Part shown: positions 1-13,554 of the stretch, piece by piece
Layout of the letters: each line of letters begins with the position of its first letter
Numbering within the stretch: the first letter of the stretch is position 1
From: Daphnia carinata
Taxonomy: Eukaryota
Direction of reading: 5' to 3'
NCBI RefSeq assembly: GCF_022539665.2
Contig: NC_081334.1
Span: forward strand, 2,666,001-2,730,000
Length of the DNA stretch: 64,000 nucleotides
Notes under the pieces: generated by a model
What the model was told of the DNA's origin: nothing
The model's database searches: none
The model's input: the letters and a program-made list of their open reading frames with translations, nothing else
Translations under genes and position numbers: made by a program

Positions 1-473
1 TGTGTGTGTGTGTGTTACTACAGCAAGGAGACGTCTCTCAGAGTTTAGCTGTCGTGACATAAACCGCAATAGCAAGCTCAAACGATGTCAACGTATACAC
101 CACAACCTCCAACCCCCCCCCCCCCCCTCACCATTTTTTTTTTTTTTTTGTTTTTTTTTTACTACTTACAAGCCCGAAATGTCTGGCTCAAATGACGGGC
201 CATCGACACAAACACGCCAAGCTCGTCCATCATTATATTCCGGAAGGGGCTTGTGTTGGTAATAATAACATCACACACACACACACACACACAGAGAGCT
301 CCTAGTGCAACTGTAATCATTGTCGTCATCACCCAATTTAGTTTGATGGTTTGACTTTGCTGCGTATAGAAATAAAAAATATCGATTGTTTTTTTGTTTG
401 TTTTTTTCGTTTAAACCAATGTCATTATCCCTCACGCAGCGCCACAGCGGCCAGTATCGGTACTATCACTCAC

Positions 474-3419
474 CGAGATTGTTGAGGCCGTAATGAGGTA
501 CGACGATGGCGCCGTTGTCCTCGGACATGGGCGTGACGGCCGCCGAGTCGTCGGCGTACGGCAGGTGCTCTTGAGCGTCAAGGTAGGTGGAGAGGACGAG
601 TGGTTTACGGTCGCCGCTACTGCTGTTGTTGTTGGCGCCGCCCACTCGCCGAGGCCCGTTTCGCCACGTAAACTGGTGACTACCCCTGGACGAGCGACGC
701 ATGGCGAACGGCGATCCAGGTAAACTGAGACTCGCCTGCAAACCGGTAGAGCCTTTGTAATTTGCCTGTTCTCGTGTTCAGAAATTGAATCTTACTTTGC
801 GGACACGGCCGTTGATTTTCATTCGCGAGTCGCTGACGTTGCCGCCTCCCAACAGGGAATCGACGTCATCCGACTTGATGCTCATCTTTTCGCGGATGCT
901 GTAGTCACCGTCGGCTCCGCAACCGCCGTGACCGTTGCCACCAGCCGGACCGCCGGCCAAGGAGCTCCTACCGTCCGGCGGTGCTCCTTGGCCACCGACG
1001 AACATTTCGTAACTTTGACAAGAAAAGTCCGAAGGTGATTTGTTCATCCGGGCTTCGCGTTCTTCCTCCCGCGTCGCCGCCGCCGCTTCCGCTACCTGCA
1101 TCGCACACCGTACGCCACACAGTTTTTTTTTTGTTTTGTTTTAAATAAATCAATCAATTAAAGATGATGCGATTAAATACCCTGATGGCTTCCTCCTCCA
1201 AGAGAGCCGCTTCCTCCTCTTCCTCGGCCTTCTTCTGCAACTCATCGTACGACATGGCGACGATGGCCAAGATGAGATTGAGTAGATAGAATGAGCCGAG
1301 GAAGATGATGACGATGAAGAAGAGCATGTGCCACGGGCCGGCCGTCCTCAACACCAGCTGGTACAAGTTCTCCCAGTAGTCCTGCATCATCAGCCGGAAG
1401 GAGGAGAGCAGCGCCCAGCCGAAGCTGTCGAACGACGTGTAACCGTAGTTGGGGTTGTCGCCGTAACCCTGCAGGCACGTAAAGTTTTCCGGACACGGCC
1501 TGTTTCAAAAATTTAAATCATACATTTTTTTTTTATTTATTTATTTATTTTTATTTTTATTTTTTTTTTTTTTTTTTTTTGAGGACATTTAAAAGAAATA
1601 GGCTTACCCAGCGCCGGAGGAATTGCCGCAAAGAGGATAGTTGTCATTCTCGTCCTTATACCAATTGGCTGTAATAACAATGATAAAAAGAAAAAAGAAA
1701 AACAAGTAAAAAATAAGAGCCGACATTAGAGCCCCTCTCTAGCCAGTAATAGGATTACAGCAGACGATATAGCTTGAGATAGTAGAGTAACAATAGATTC
1801 TCTTTTTTTTTGTGTGTGTTTTCTCAAGGATTGCAAAGTCTCGCTTAATTGAGGCGAGGGCTTTTCGCCGTCTCGGATTTCAAACATTTTCAGATTGGGG
1901 GGTGGCAGTCTCGTAATCAGACAAAAAGAAATCGTATCCTTTTGCCACGCTGTAATTAGGCGGAAAGAGAAAAATGGACTCACAAGAATTTGAAACAAAG
2001 GCCTCGTAATTGACGTCGGTCAGATTGCCGAATGATCCATCGTCGGGGAAGGAGCGGATGCATTTCTGCGTCAATACGCCCATATAGATCTGCAAGCCTA
2101 GTAGGGCGAAGACGGACAGCGAGAAGAGCGTCAAAATGATGACGTCGCGCAGGTTCTTCACCGACTCGATCACAGCTCCGACGATAGTCTTCAAACCTAA
2201 TCACGTGATTTCACGTTTTAAACGATGTCACGGTACGCCAAAATAAATGAGAAAAAAAAAAAACATTTTTAAATACACGTCGGTTCCAGATGTTTTTTTT
2301 TAGATGTTTCATCTGCTTTTAAATCTTAAAAAAAAATAAAAATAAAAATAAAAATAAAAGAAATTGAATCTAACCTGGGATAATGGCGACGGTTTTGAGC
2401 GCTCGCAAGACTCGGAACGTCCGCAGTGCCGCCAGATTGCCCAGATCGATTCCCATCGTCACGTACCTATACGTCCATGTTTCACGTTTCCGTGTTTGTT
2501 TTGTTTGGTTCAGGTTTGGATTTGTAGTTTGTTTAAAGGGTAATGCGGCAGGGTTTTTTTTTTTTTTTAAGGTAAAAAGCAAAGTCACATTTGGGGACGA
2601 GTTCATTGGAGGAATCACGCAAACAGGGAAGAAACACACGCACATAGGAGGAGGAGGAAGAAAAGAAAAAAAAAAGAAACGAGAGAAACAAAAAAGAAAA
2701 GAGCTATTGTCTTGAACTCGCTCCCTCCCAATCGAATTATATTTAAATATATATATGTATAAAAATTAGCCACGAATTAACTGACTATTTTTTTTTTAGA
2801 TTAATTAATTTATTTATGAAGACAAATCATTAGCCTTACGAATAGAAAATGAACGTAGAAAGAATAAGAAATGTATATATATGCTATTCTTTTTTCAATC
2901 ATGTTCGATTGAAATTGATTGAAGAGGGCAATTGAATGAGGGATATGTAGGAGCAAGGGATCGGTGTCGTATGGTGGGGGGGGGTTGGGGCAGGTGAAGG
3001 GGGGGATTTCTACTCGATTTTCACGTTTGGCTTCTTTTTTCATTTTAAAGCGACTAAAAATAAAAAATCGTCTTTGTACAAATAGGGAAGAAAAAACAAA
3101 CGAACTAACCAACAATGAAACGCAACAAACGAAAATGTATACCCAACTAACGACATCTACGAGCGACTATTTTTTTTTTTCTTGTTCAAATGGATACTGT
3201 TTAGATAAAGAGACATGACACACACTTCCTTTTGGATCATCCGCGCCATAATCGAATAGAAAAACAAAATCATTTAAAAAAGAAATTGGCATCTTGAAAT
3301 GATCCAATCAGATTGTGCAATGAAGAAAACTACCATCAAAAATCGATGTACGCATATTAACTACAAATACAGACGATCGCATCTGAACGTGTCGACACCC
3401 TCAAAAATGAGCTCCGATT

Positions 3420-3455
<36 letters not shown>

Positions 3456-6400
3456 AATTCAATTTGTTTTGATCGAATTATTGTTTGGAGAGATGTGCCC
3501 TCACGTAGATAGATCGTCATCTAAACTAATTTCTGTCATTTATGGCGTGTGTGTACGTGTGTGTATGTGTGTGTGTAAAATTAAGAGCGTAAAAGATTTC
3601 TAAATAGACGGATAGACTTTGTTCTAAACAGATAAAAAAGAGCGACAGATGGTAATCGAAAAATCAAACAAAACGAGGAACAAAAGAAAAAGAAAAAGGG
3701 AAATCGAAAGAAAGAGAAGGAAAGAGAAAAAGGCTGTCGATGAGACGCTACTCACGCTAAGGCAATGACAATGAAGTCGAGCCAATTCCATGCATCTCTA
3801 AGATATGTGAAGGGTTTCAAGATAAAGCCGCGGGCCATTACTTTGACCGCGGACTCGAACGTGTAGATCGATGTGAAGATCACCCTGCGTTCAGAAAAAT
3901 ACAAAAGAAAATCCCAAGCCGAAAAGAAAACAAAAACGGGGGGGCACGGGTAATCAAAGACAAACTGGCCAACTGACGATATCCAACGAATATCAACAAG
4001 AAAGAATTTCAAAAAAAAAAAAAATTGTCAACTAAAAAGAAACCACCACAACGTAAACACGGAAATAAAATCATTGAAGAAATGAAAAGAAAAATAAAAT
4101 AAAATAAAATAAATTCATTAACGATACGAAATTGTTACGGGGACGATTGCTCTTGTTCTTGTACTTGGTGATGGCATCAACGAGGGATTGTGTGTGTAAA
4201 GCAAAAATTTAAAAAAAAAAAGGGGGGGGGGGAGGGAGGAGGACGTGGAAGATGTTTGTGAAAGTGGGGAAGAACACCAGACTAACATCCAACAAAACAA
4301 CTGGAAACATCAATTACATTTTGTTCGTTTTGTTCTCCGTGTGTTTCACAAGATCGAACAGCGACGTCCAATCAAAACTGCTTCGCTTTTCACAACGGAT
4401 GAACGGCGATTTTTTTTACCAACACAACAAAAATAAACAACATCGTCTTTTTTTGAACATTTCGAAAACGGTGCTAAACGTCTAACGTAACACACCCAAA
4501 TTGATTTAACCATCGATTACAACATTGTTAACAGGTAACGACGTCATGAGAAAAACAAATCAAAACTACTACCACAAATCAAAACTTGCCTTTCTCCTCG
4601 TTATCGAATTGAAAAGAAAAATATTAAATGGATCATTTCCAATTCACGATCCATAAAAGGCCTACTGCGAACCCGGACACACGCAGTAAATGAAAAAAAA
4701 AAAAATAAATAAATTGTTGATGACGTAACGCCGAAGAGCTTGTTGCATCTTGACCGATGTCTTTGAGCTCGTCTAATCATTGATGTATAGCCTCTATTAA
4801 CATTCTCACGGACCCCCTAACGCCCCAGCGTGGCTCTTGCGGCCCGCACGCACTTTCATGTACGTCCTCTCGCACAGTTCAAACGCTGTTTCATTTTGGC
4901 GCGATTGTTGGGTTAGCGTCGGTAGCGTCCAAAGAGACACAGTGCGTCTATAAATAGGACGCGCGTAACAAAGCGATTGTAATCTCGTTGATTATGCCGG
5001 TCTCGTTGCCGCGGGCAAATTTGCAAAGCGTCAACTTCCCCCCCCAAACCATGTACGAAAATAGCACCCCGAAATTGACACCAATGAAAAGCCTGGGCCC
5101 AAAACGCGAGAGTCCGCAACAACAAATATTCAAATGAAAAATAATAAATAAATAAATACTTTAAAAGGGGTAGAGAGAAACGGATACAAGTAAGTACCAA
5201 CAAACACAGACTAATCAAAAATAGTGAAGATATTACTGGTTTTCAAATGGATTTTGTTGTTTGTTTGTTTTGTTTTGTTTTTTGTTTTTCATTCCGGGGT
5301 TAGAAACGGGGCGTACGTATATACACGTCAATTATACACAGTTTCTACGACGACGACGATATTTGTTTTGTGTGTGAGGGGGGGGGAGGGGGCTACTTGG
5401 GACAAACTGCGCAATGCTTCCAACGATTGTTTTAAAGAACCACGTGAGATCAATAGGGTAATACGATGCATTCGTTTTTCTAAACGACCTAAGACGAAAC
5501 GGCAGTTCGAAATCCTAAGACGCATCATATATCCAATATGAAAGAAGTATACGAACATGAGGTACTCGAGTGTTGCGCAGCTTCACCACGTCCGTCAACT
5601 TCACGTTTAAAAAAAAAAAATGCCAATCAATGCAGATCCAATCGGTTCTAGCGCCTCTTTCGTTCAAATCGCTGGTAGACTATGTTGCCGATCTCTTTCG
5701 AATTCACGTGAAATTCAAATTTTTGGGGGCCATTTTATGACGAGCCTTAATGTTCCGAAATAGATGTTTAAAAAAAAAAAAAAAAGAAAAAGATTGAAAA
5801 ACAAAAGAAAAAAGAAAACTGATGATTCAGTTGGATACTGAAGGGATCGATGACGAAAGAGACCCAAAATAAATTAAATTTAAAAAAAGGACGGAACGCA
5901 AAATTGGAAAACAATGAAATGTGAAGTTTTTTTTTGTTTGTTTTTTGTGAACTTACTCGGTGGATTCGATGAAGGCGTTGGGCGGCATGATCATGAGGAT
6001 GCAATTGGTGAGGATGGTCAGAATGATGAAGAAGGAGAAGAGCGGATGGACCAGGACGTAGATGGCCACTCGCCGGATAGGATTGAACGGCGACAGGAGC
6101 CACATGGCGTCCGTTGCGCTGAACCGGTAAATGTCTTTGCCTTTGCTGATGACTACGAACGTCTGCAGCACAAACGCACCCCCCAGCACATAACAAAAGA
6201 AGACCACCACCACGAACGCCACAACACACACACACGCACACAGAGTGGAGGTACACGTGTGAGCACAGAAGTCGCCATCGAGATCACCCAAAAAGAAAAA
6301 CAAAACATTTGATTAGTTTCAATTAAAAAATAAAATTTAATCATTCAAGCAAAACAAAAGACGGTCAAAAATGGTTCTGTTCAAACCCCATTTTTCTAGA

Positions 6401-6635
6401 AATTGATTTTTCCCGAGTTTTCAAACAACTGGCTGATGCGACTCATCAAGAAGAAAAAAAAAAAAAAATATGCACAAAAGCGGGGATCATATAATGTCTA
6501 ATACGGTTGTTCTTACACACACACACTACGGTCATCGTAGACTATATACTTATATGTAGATGTAGCATCGGCTTCACGATGAAATCGCGTGCACAGCTGT
6601 TCCAGCTTTATATTCCCCGCATAATATTACGCTAA

Positions 6636-6672
<37 letters not shown>

Positions 6673-8995
6673 ATTTACATTACGTAGAGACGAAGGGCCA
6701 GTGTGTACATTCTCGTGCGCTGTTGTATGGATCGCACACGCGTGACAACACATTATACAACTCGCTGGATTTTCTCTAGACATTTTCAAGAGGAAATTAC
6801 ATTTCTTTTTAATTCAATGGGGTGTACGATTACGTCGGACCTTCGCAGAATGCTATTGGCCCCGTGTTTGAAAAAAAAAAAAAAAAAATTCGAGTTGGGA
6901 AAGGAAAAAAAAAAATAAATAAAAGGAAAGAATTGCGGCTCGTGCGATAATGTGCGATAAGCGTTAGCGGGATACGGGCTGTGGAGAGCTTTTGGACAGC
7001 CGACATCCATCATCCGGAGAAAGAGAAAGAGTCTCACTCATCCGCTGTTACTTTGCGTCCATTCTTTTCTCTTTCTTTATTTATTTTTTTTTTTTTTTAG
7101 CTCCAAAAATTATTATTTTTTTTTTTTCAAAGGAGTTGGGGGTGGGCTCATATTGATCCGTCCTTTCAACTCCAAACTCCATCAGCAAAGCGGCAACGAG
7201 AAGAAAGAGAGCGTGGCGAGGGCGGTAGCCACTAGGCAGCCGCCGGCAGCGGTTGCCGTCGTGTCTACCATCCAACTATGCGTCTATCGATGTGTGTACG
7301 TGTGTACGTGTGTGTGTGTGTGTGTGTGAGAGTGTGTATGGAACTTGTGGATGAGAAGAGCGAGTCGGAATGGCGGAAGAAGAGTCACTCCGCGTCTCTT
7401 TCTCTCTTACACACCTTCAACAGAGAACCGAGAGAAACGCAATCAATAATCAATTGCGTTGGACGCCTAAGTTTATCTTTCAACTTTACGAGAAATCACG
7501 CCCCTTTTTTTCAATCCCCCCAGGGTTGCCATTTTAATTATTTTCTTGTCCTTTTTTCCTCATCGTTGCTCTGCTGGTGAATCATTAAATGGAACGCATT
7601 AAACGGAAGATGTTTCCTTAAAAAAAAAAAAAAAAAAAAAAAAGCCCAAAATAATTTTTTTTTTTTTTTACAAAATATTTTAAAAAGAAACAATTTTAGT
7701 TTGCAAATGGCGGTTGTTATAAGACGAGGGGGATATCGCATTGAAAAAAAAAAAAAAAGCAACTTCATTTCGTTCCGGAATGGCGGATCTATTCAAGACG
7801 GCAATGCAAAAGGCGGAAACGAATGTGTGTGCCGACCCGAGAACGTTCGTTCGTGCTCCAGCTCTTTTTCTTTCCTCTCCCGAACACTCGAACGTTTCTA
7901 GTTACTCCGGCAACCGACTACATTTTTTTTTTTTTTTTTTTTAACACGCTTTACACACACACACAGACACACACTCTTGGTACTACTTTACTATTATATA
8001 CTATAGCTAGCCTTTCGTTTTCTTTCTCTCTCTAGCGCTACCCAGCCGCAATGTGATCAATACGACCGGGAGGGGGGAGCCTCTCAACAGTGTGTGTGCG
8101 AGTCAGTTCAATTCTCTATGTGTGTGTGTGTGTGTATACGTCAGCGGTACACACACACAGGGACCGCGCGGGCTCCGACATGCACTGCAGACATTCCAGT
8201 ACAGTTGCAATCGTTGCTATTGCGACCTTCCCGCCACCCAATCCACAACTAGCATTTCCTTTCGGACATTTACGGCTCTCTGCAAACAGCGGTTTTTACA
8301 CACACACACACACACAAGCTTTTTTCTTTTGTTCTTGATCGTTTATAATAATAAAACAAAAAAAAATCTAAAACAATTGAATCTAGTCAAAACGATGGAC
8401 GACCCTCTTTTCTTTGTCTATGCGGAGCCTGTCGTGAGAATATCTTTCTCCTCGGGGAATGTGTGTGTGTGTGTGTGTGTGTGTGTTAAAAAATAAAAAA
8501 AAAGGGGGGGGGGGAAGACCAGCAGTTGAGTTTTCTGTATTTACTACGCAAAGGAGTGGCGGAAGGGAAAAATCCCGATAATTCCCGCTGGAATAGCACA
8601 GCCTAATATAAGAACTACTCAATGCGCACTGATCCATCGAAAGTTGTCCCATTGTTTATATATGATCCCCCTCCCCCTCCCTTCCCACTGTTGAGACAGA
8701 AAAACTCACGATGGATCAAAAACAAAAGCTAAACAACAAAAAAAAAAAAAAAAGGCCGCATACGAACTGCGTGACTAAAGACTTCAATAACAAAACAAAA
8801 ATAAGACGTCAGCACGCTGGTATGCCTTATATAGTTTTCCGGCTTTTTGCCCTCTCTTTCCTATCTATTTATTGTCTTCGTTCGTGTATGTGTGTACGTC
8901 TCTGCTAAAACTCTCACACAGTTGGAGGGGGGGGGGGGAAGCTCTCCTATTCAACATTTTCAGAACTGCAAAACGTCTTGAGCTGCGAGAAAGAG

Positions 8996-9030
<35 letters not shown>

Positions 9031-12000
9031 AAAAAAAACTCTTCTTCACATTTGTTTTTGATTTTGTTTGCTTTTAGTTTGGTAAGGCCTTTTCTTTTTT
9101 GTTTCGCAGGGTCCAGAAGGAAAGAAAATGCAGTTGGGTATGAAAAAAAAAAAAAAAAAAAATGGAGGGATCCGCCCCACCGAGGGATTTCGGCTAGCTC
9201 ATATTGATCCGCACGGCTAGCCCTTCTCTCTCTCTCTCTGTGTCTCTTCTTTCCTTTCGCTTTTCTCCTTGTGTGCTGTTTTCATCACACATCATCCAGC
9301 TACCCGGGGTCAGATCAAATAGTGCGCACGATTCCACACACAGCAAATGGAGAGATAGAGAGGGAGCTGTCTTTTGAATAAAATTGTTAGACATACAAGA
9401 CGAGGAATACAATTCAACCAGCGACATCTAGAAGCAAACTATCCTCCAGTTATATAGCGAATGAAAACAACTGCTTTTTCGGGGGGGGGGGGGGACTATG
9501 GTTGCGCAATGGAGTCGATATCGCTGTATAGATTGTTGACAGCCAATTTACCATGTCATTTCCACGTTTGTTTGTTTTTTTTTTGTTGTGTTACGTATAA
9601 AAGCAGGGAATCCATAAAGATAAAACAGCCATTGAAATTGGGTTTTTATCTTTAGTCGATTTCTTTGTTTTGAAAATAATAGACCGGGAGATTTAAGGTA
9701 CGAATCGTTTGCGACTTACCCTTTGATTTTTGTAGTAAGGATCGATGTCTTCTATGGGGACGGCGGTCAGTTCTGGCGAATAGACGGCGTTCAATCGGAT
9801 TGGTAACGGCATGCCTTGCTCCAGCGTCGGATCAGCTCTCGGTCCTTCGTCCTCATCATCTTCATCGTAGCGCATCTATTCGATTGATCCACGGCGCGCA
9901 AAGACGATCCAGAACGAAGAGAACAAGAAAAATTCAAATTATTAACATCTTTGTACGGCATTGAACGCATCGTGTCAACTAGCAAGCAAAATCATACGAC
10001 ACTCTAAATAATAATAATAATAACAATAATAAAAAATAATAATAATACTAAACTACCGAAACAGAATCACACAAAAGATTTCTCTTTATTTTATTTATTT
10101 TTTTTTTTTTGCATTGCAACAACGTCCCTCATTCATCGGGATAGTGTCGAACGGCCCATCTCGTTTCTTTGTATCTTTGTGTGTGATTGAAGGAGAGAGT
10201 CAAAGAGAACAGATTCTATTGGCGCCGTTGGCTCTTTCTAGACGAAATTAATGATCCAACATGCACCAATGCCTCAAAATCTAAGAATTGTTATCACTCG
10301 ATGTATGCATTTAAAAAAAAAATAAAATAAAATAAAATAAATAAACTGAAGCAACGGGCCGACCGGCTCGCCTACTGTCCCGTGATGTGCGAATAAAACT
10401 GAAGGCCAGTGAAGAGTCAATGTGTCCAGCTCTTTAAGTGAAGGGGGGGGGGGGCGATAATGAGATGAGCGCGTTCGTGCGGGGACCAAAAAGAGCGAGC
10501 CATCAAATTCAAAATGAAGGATGGACGAGAAAATAAAAAGGCTTTTGTTCGCTAACGTGCCATAACTGGCAGATTATTAGCGTCAATTAATGATTTCACG
10601 CGTCAAACGAAATTTGCTCTTTGAGATTCGCACGACGCGCAGCCCCATCAAAAGATGAACACATTCACGTAGGGAAGAAAATGGTAATTATTAGAAAATG
10701 TCTACGTTCAAACAAACTTCTTTTTTGTTTAAGGAAAAAGAGTGAAGTGAGGATTTAAACAAACAAAAAACTACGAAATGGATTAAGAATGAATTAAAAA
10801 AAAATAAGTTGGGGAGTTGCGTTTGCAAATGGAATCAACTCCAAACCGCTTCCCGCAATGTAGGGAAAAATCGGGATGCTCGCTCTTGTACCTCTAATTG
10901 AAATTCCTACCAACCAAAAATGTTTTGAACGCGCGCTATTTCATTTAAAGTTATCTAACAACTTAATGGTACGACGTTGTTTATGCACGTTTTCTAATTT
11001 CGAGATGCATGTTGCACTAAACAAAAAAATAATAATAATAATCTCAAGTGTCACACACCCCCAGCTGCGTAACATACAGCGGGAATTAAAAAAAAAATAA
11101 TAATAAATAAATAAATGCAATCGTGATGACTTTCCAAGTTCTACTGGCCATTCAAAACAACCGATCCAAATCGTGTTTAAAAGGATTTGTATACAACTTG
11201 TTGAATGAAACGAATATAAAAAAAAAAAAAAAAAAAATGTTCTGTTTGATTCTTAGATCGGTTGGAAAGCGGCCAATCGAACGTGAACGATCCCACTGCG
11301 TCTGCGATGCATTCACGAGGGTGTTTAAAAATTAGTAAAATTCTCCGGTAATTAATTTCGTTAGAATAAATACGAGAAAGAAAAAGGGTAGAATAAGGGT
11401 GTGGCCAAAAAACACAAAAACAAAAAAAAAGTGGGGCAAAACAAATTAGATCAATTTTTAGCACGGCACGCGGGAAAATAATAATAAAACGAAAAGATTC
11501 TCGCAATCACGAAACGATGCAAAAGCAATTTCGAGTTCGGGATAATTAGCAAAGTGTGTAGATGCATTTCCAGCGGGCAAATCAGAGAAGAGAATCGAGT
11601 GAGTGGGAGTAAGACATGCAAAGCAACGTATCCACCCAGGGTTACCGAGACTTTCACGAAAGGGGAAGGAGAGGTGACTCCAGACAAGATTAGGGAAAAA
11701 GAAAATCATGTCGATTACGTCATTTAATCAATCTCGAAATAAATGCATCTAAAGGGGAAATCTTTAAAAAGTGGAAGCTCGTCAACCTGCAGATTGTGAA
11801 AACAAAAACGCCCCTTCACGTTGGCCTATTATAAACGTTCGCGTGGTACGAAAATGTGAATATGTCGTGCGTTCACATTTTGAAAAAAATAAATTCACGA
11901 AAGAAATCCCTAAAAAAAAACGGACAAGTTTTTAGCCGAAACGAGTTTTTGGAAGCGCTTTGGGACTATAACTGGAACGTCCACCGCTTTTCTACCTCAT

Positions 12001-13554
12001 CGATTTCGAGGTGGTCCCTCATGTCTCTCAATACGGGGACTGCGCCGTTACGCAACCCAAGTATACATATCTATATGGTGGAAGGGGCAAGGGGGAGGAG
12101 AAGCTCGGCCCATCATGAAAAACTGATGGCGGTCCCCGTCGATCGTCCACGCACGGTCGATTTCGCTGTTTTTGTGATGTCGCCCCTCAATCGTACGCGC
12201 CCGTACGATTATCGCGCGAGAGTAACGCATACGCTCATTTTCTCTTTGCAGCCATTGGGTCCCACTGGCTACGTTTAAATGCCGCGGGGGTGTGTCAACG
12301 CAAAGAAGGGCCATCGAGGGACATCCCCGGCCGAATGCAATTGAAAATCGACAGGAGCAGCTGTGTCGTTGGCTATCGCCATCAAACGGGCCCAGCGATT
12401 GTTTATCAATCGTTAACGAGCCTCCGCTGCATAGATACGCAGCACAAGCGGCGGAGTCTCTAAAAACAATAAAACGGTGAGGGGCGGCCTCTCACTCTCT
12501 CTCTCTCTCTCTCTCTACCGTCATAACAATGGACGTATCGATGTGCAAAAGCTCATTCAAGTGTCATTTCAAATTCTCGAGGCGCCATCAGCGAAATGGC
12601 TTCGCCTCTTAATGGATGGCGAGGGGGGAGGACGCAGTCAAGTGTCTTTTTGTGTTTGATGAAAGAGAATTTCGGCGTTAGTGCGTGCGGATGTTTGAAG
12701 CTACTGAAACTAATAAAAAAAAAACCATGTTCAACAAATAGCTCGAACTAGGGGAATGGACGCCAGGAAAAACTCAATTTGACGAAGATGCGAGAAGGCA
12801 GAGATCAGATAAAGAACGGAAGTGAATACGGCAAACCAAAACACAGCAATCAAGCAGAAAGATTGACGTAGACAAGTTGTTAAAGAAAAATAAAGGAGAG
12901 AAAGATGAAAGAAGAAAAAGGATGTAGAGAGTTCATTTCCTTACTTCTTTATTCCTTTTACGGGGCTTCAGGCCCAATCTGACCTACATATAGGGGACCC
13001 CACAATCATTAATCCATTGCCACATCGTCCTCTTATATTATTAAACTCGAAACTATTCAATCGCTCGTACTTTGTCAATGAATTTAGGTAATTTAAGCCT
13101 GGCCAATTTACAAATTTTTAAACGACGGACTTATTCAAACAAAAAAGGGGCTCCTGAATTTCTGACTTAAAATGAAAGGAAAGAAAAGATGGAAATAGAT
13201 CAGTAATAGACACAAAAGCAATAGAGTACATGAACACGTAGCAAAAGGACTTTCCAATATTCGATGGACAACACGACAACATCGAGAGTATTTAAAAAAA
13301 AAAAAACAAGTGACGAATCAAATAAAAGACGATGAATCAATAATTTTAGCTTATTTTTTAAACTTGACATGATAATTAGGAGAACATTGAATGGTTACCT
13401 CGCTCTCCTCCGCTTTCTTTTTGCGCTCGTTCCTCTTGGCCTCTTCTTCGGCGATCCGCGCCTCCGATTGGACCAGGGACTCGCGCGTGTACGGACAGAA
13501 CGCCGGTCGCTCCTCTTCGTCTTCATTGCTCTCCGTTTCGTGATCGCCGACCAT
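474..13554 (-). CDS. para: Voltage-gated sodium channel alpha subunit (para/Nav1), 5' portion; gene continues beyond the window start
   Basis: Exons with GT-AG boundaries and consistent phases, in transcript order: 13554-13399, 12983-12945 (optional), 9875-9720, 6162-5957, 3884-3756, 2466-2375, 2196-1984, 1668-1608, 1499-1181, 1095-796, 735-474. The translation has Nav hallmarks: [51 protein letters not shown]4 [15 protein letters not shown] pore loop QDYWE (D of DEKA at 1381-1379), IS6 [19 protein letters not shown], and L1 SLSLPGSPF and [23 protein letters not shown]. Confidence 0.98.
8997..9030. repeat. (GAAA)n tetranucleotide microsatellite in para intron 2
   Basis: About 8 GAAA units. 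Confidence 0.9.
12945..12983 (-). CDS. para: para 39-nt microexon ([13 protein letters not shown]), positional homolog of insect optional exon j
   Basis: Minus strand reads tatgtag|GTC AGA TTG GGC CTG AAG CCC CGT AAA AGG AAT AAA GAA|gtaagg. Phase 0-0, matching the flanking exons. Basic peptide ending KE, at the position of the basic optional exon before RYDDEDEDEG in Drosophila para. Confidence 0.8.

Noticed and set aside
1880..1951. attacag|CG TGG CAA AAG GAT (S-WQKD) resembling the start of the next para exon (S-NWYKD), suggesting a duplicated turret exon
   Set aside because: The acceptor is only 34 nt from the upstream donor, the similarity stops after four residues, and there is no matching donor.
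2815..2890. Minus-strand [10 protein letters not shown] faintly like IS4 LRTFRVLRA; possible duplicate of the 92-nt IS3-S4 exon (cf. vertebrate 5N/5A)
   Set aside because: Wrong length, AT-rich low complexity and no intact S4 charge pattern; indistinguishable from chance by eye.
5328..5558. ORF with [16 protein letters not shown] weakly like [16 protein letters not shown]
   Set aside because: No WNWLD motif and no convincing phase-2 splice boundaries.
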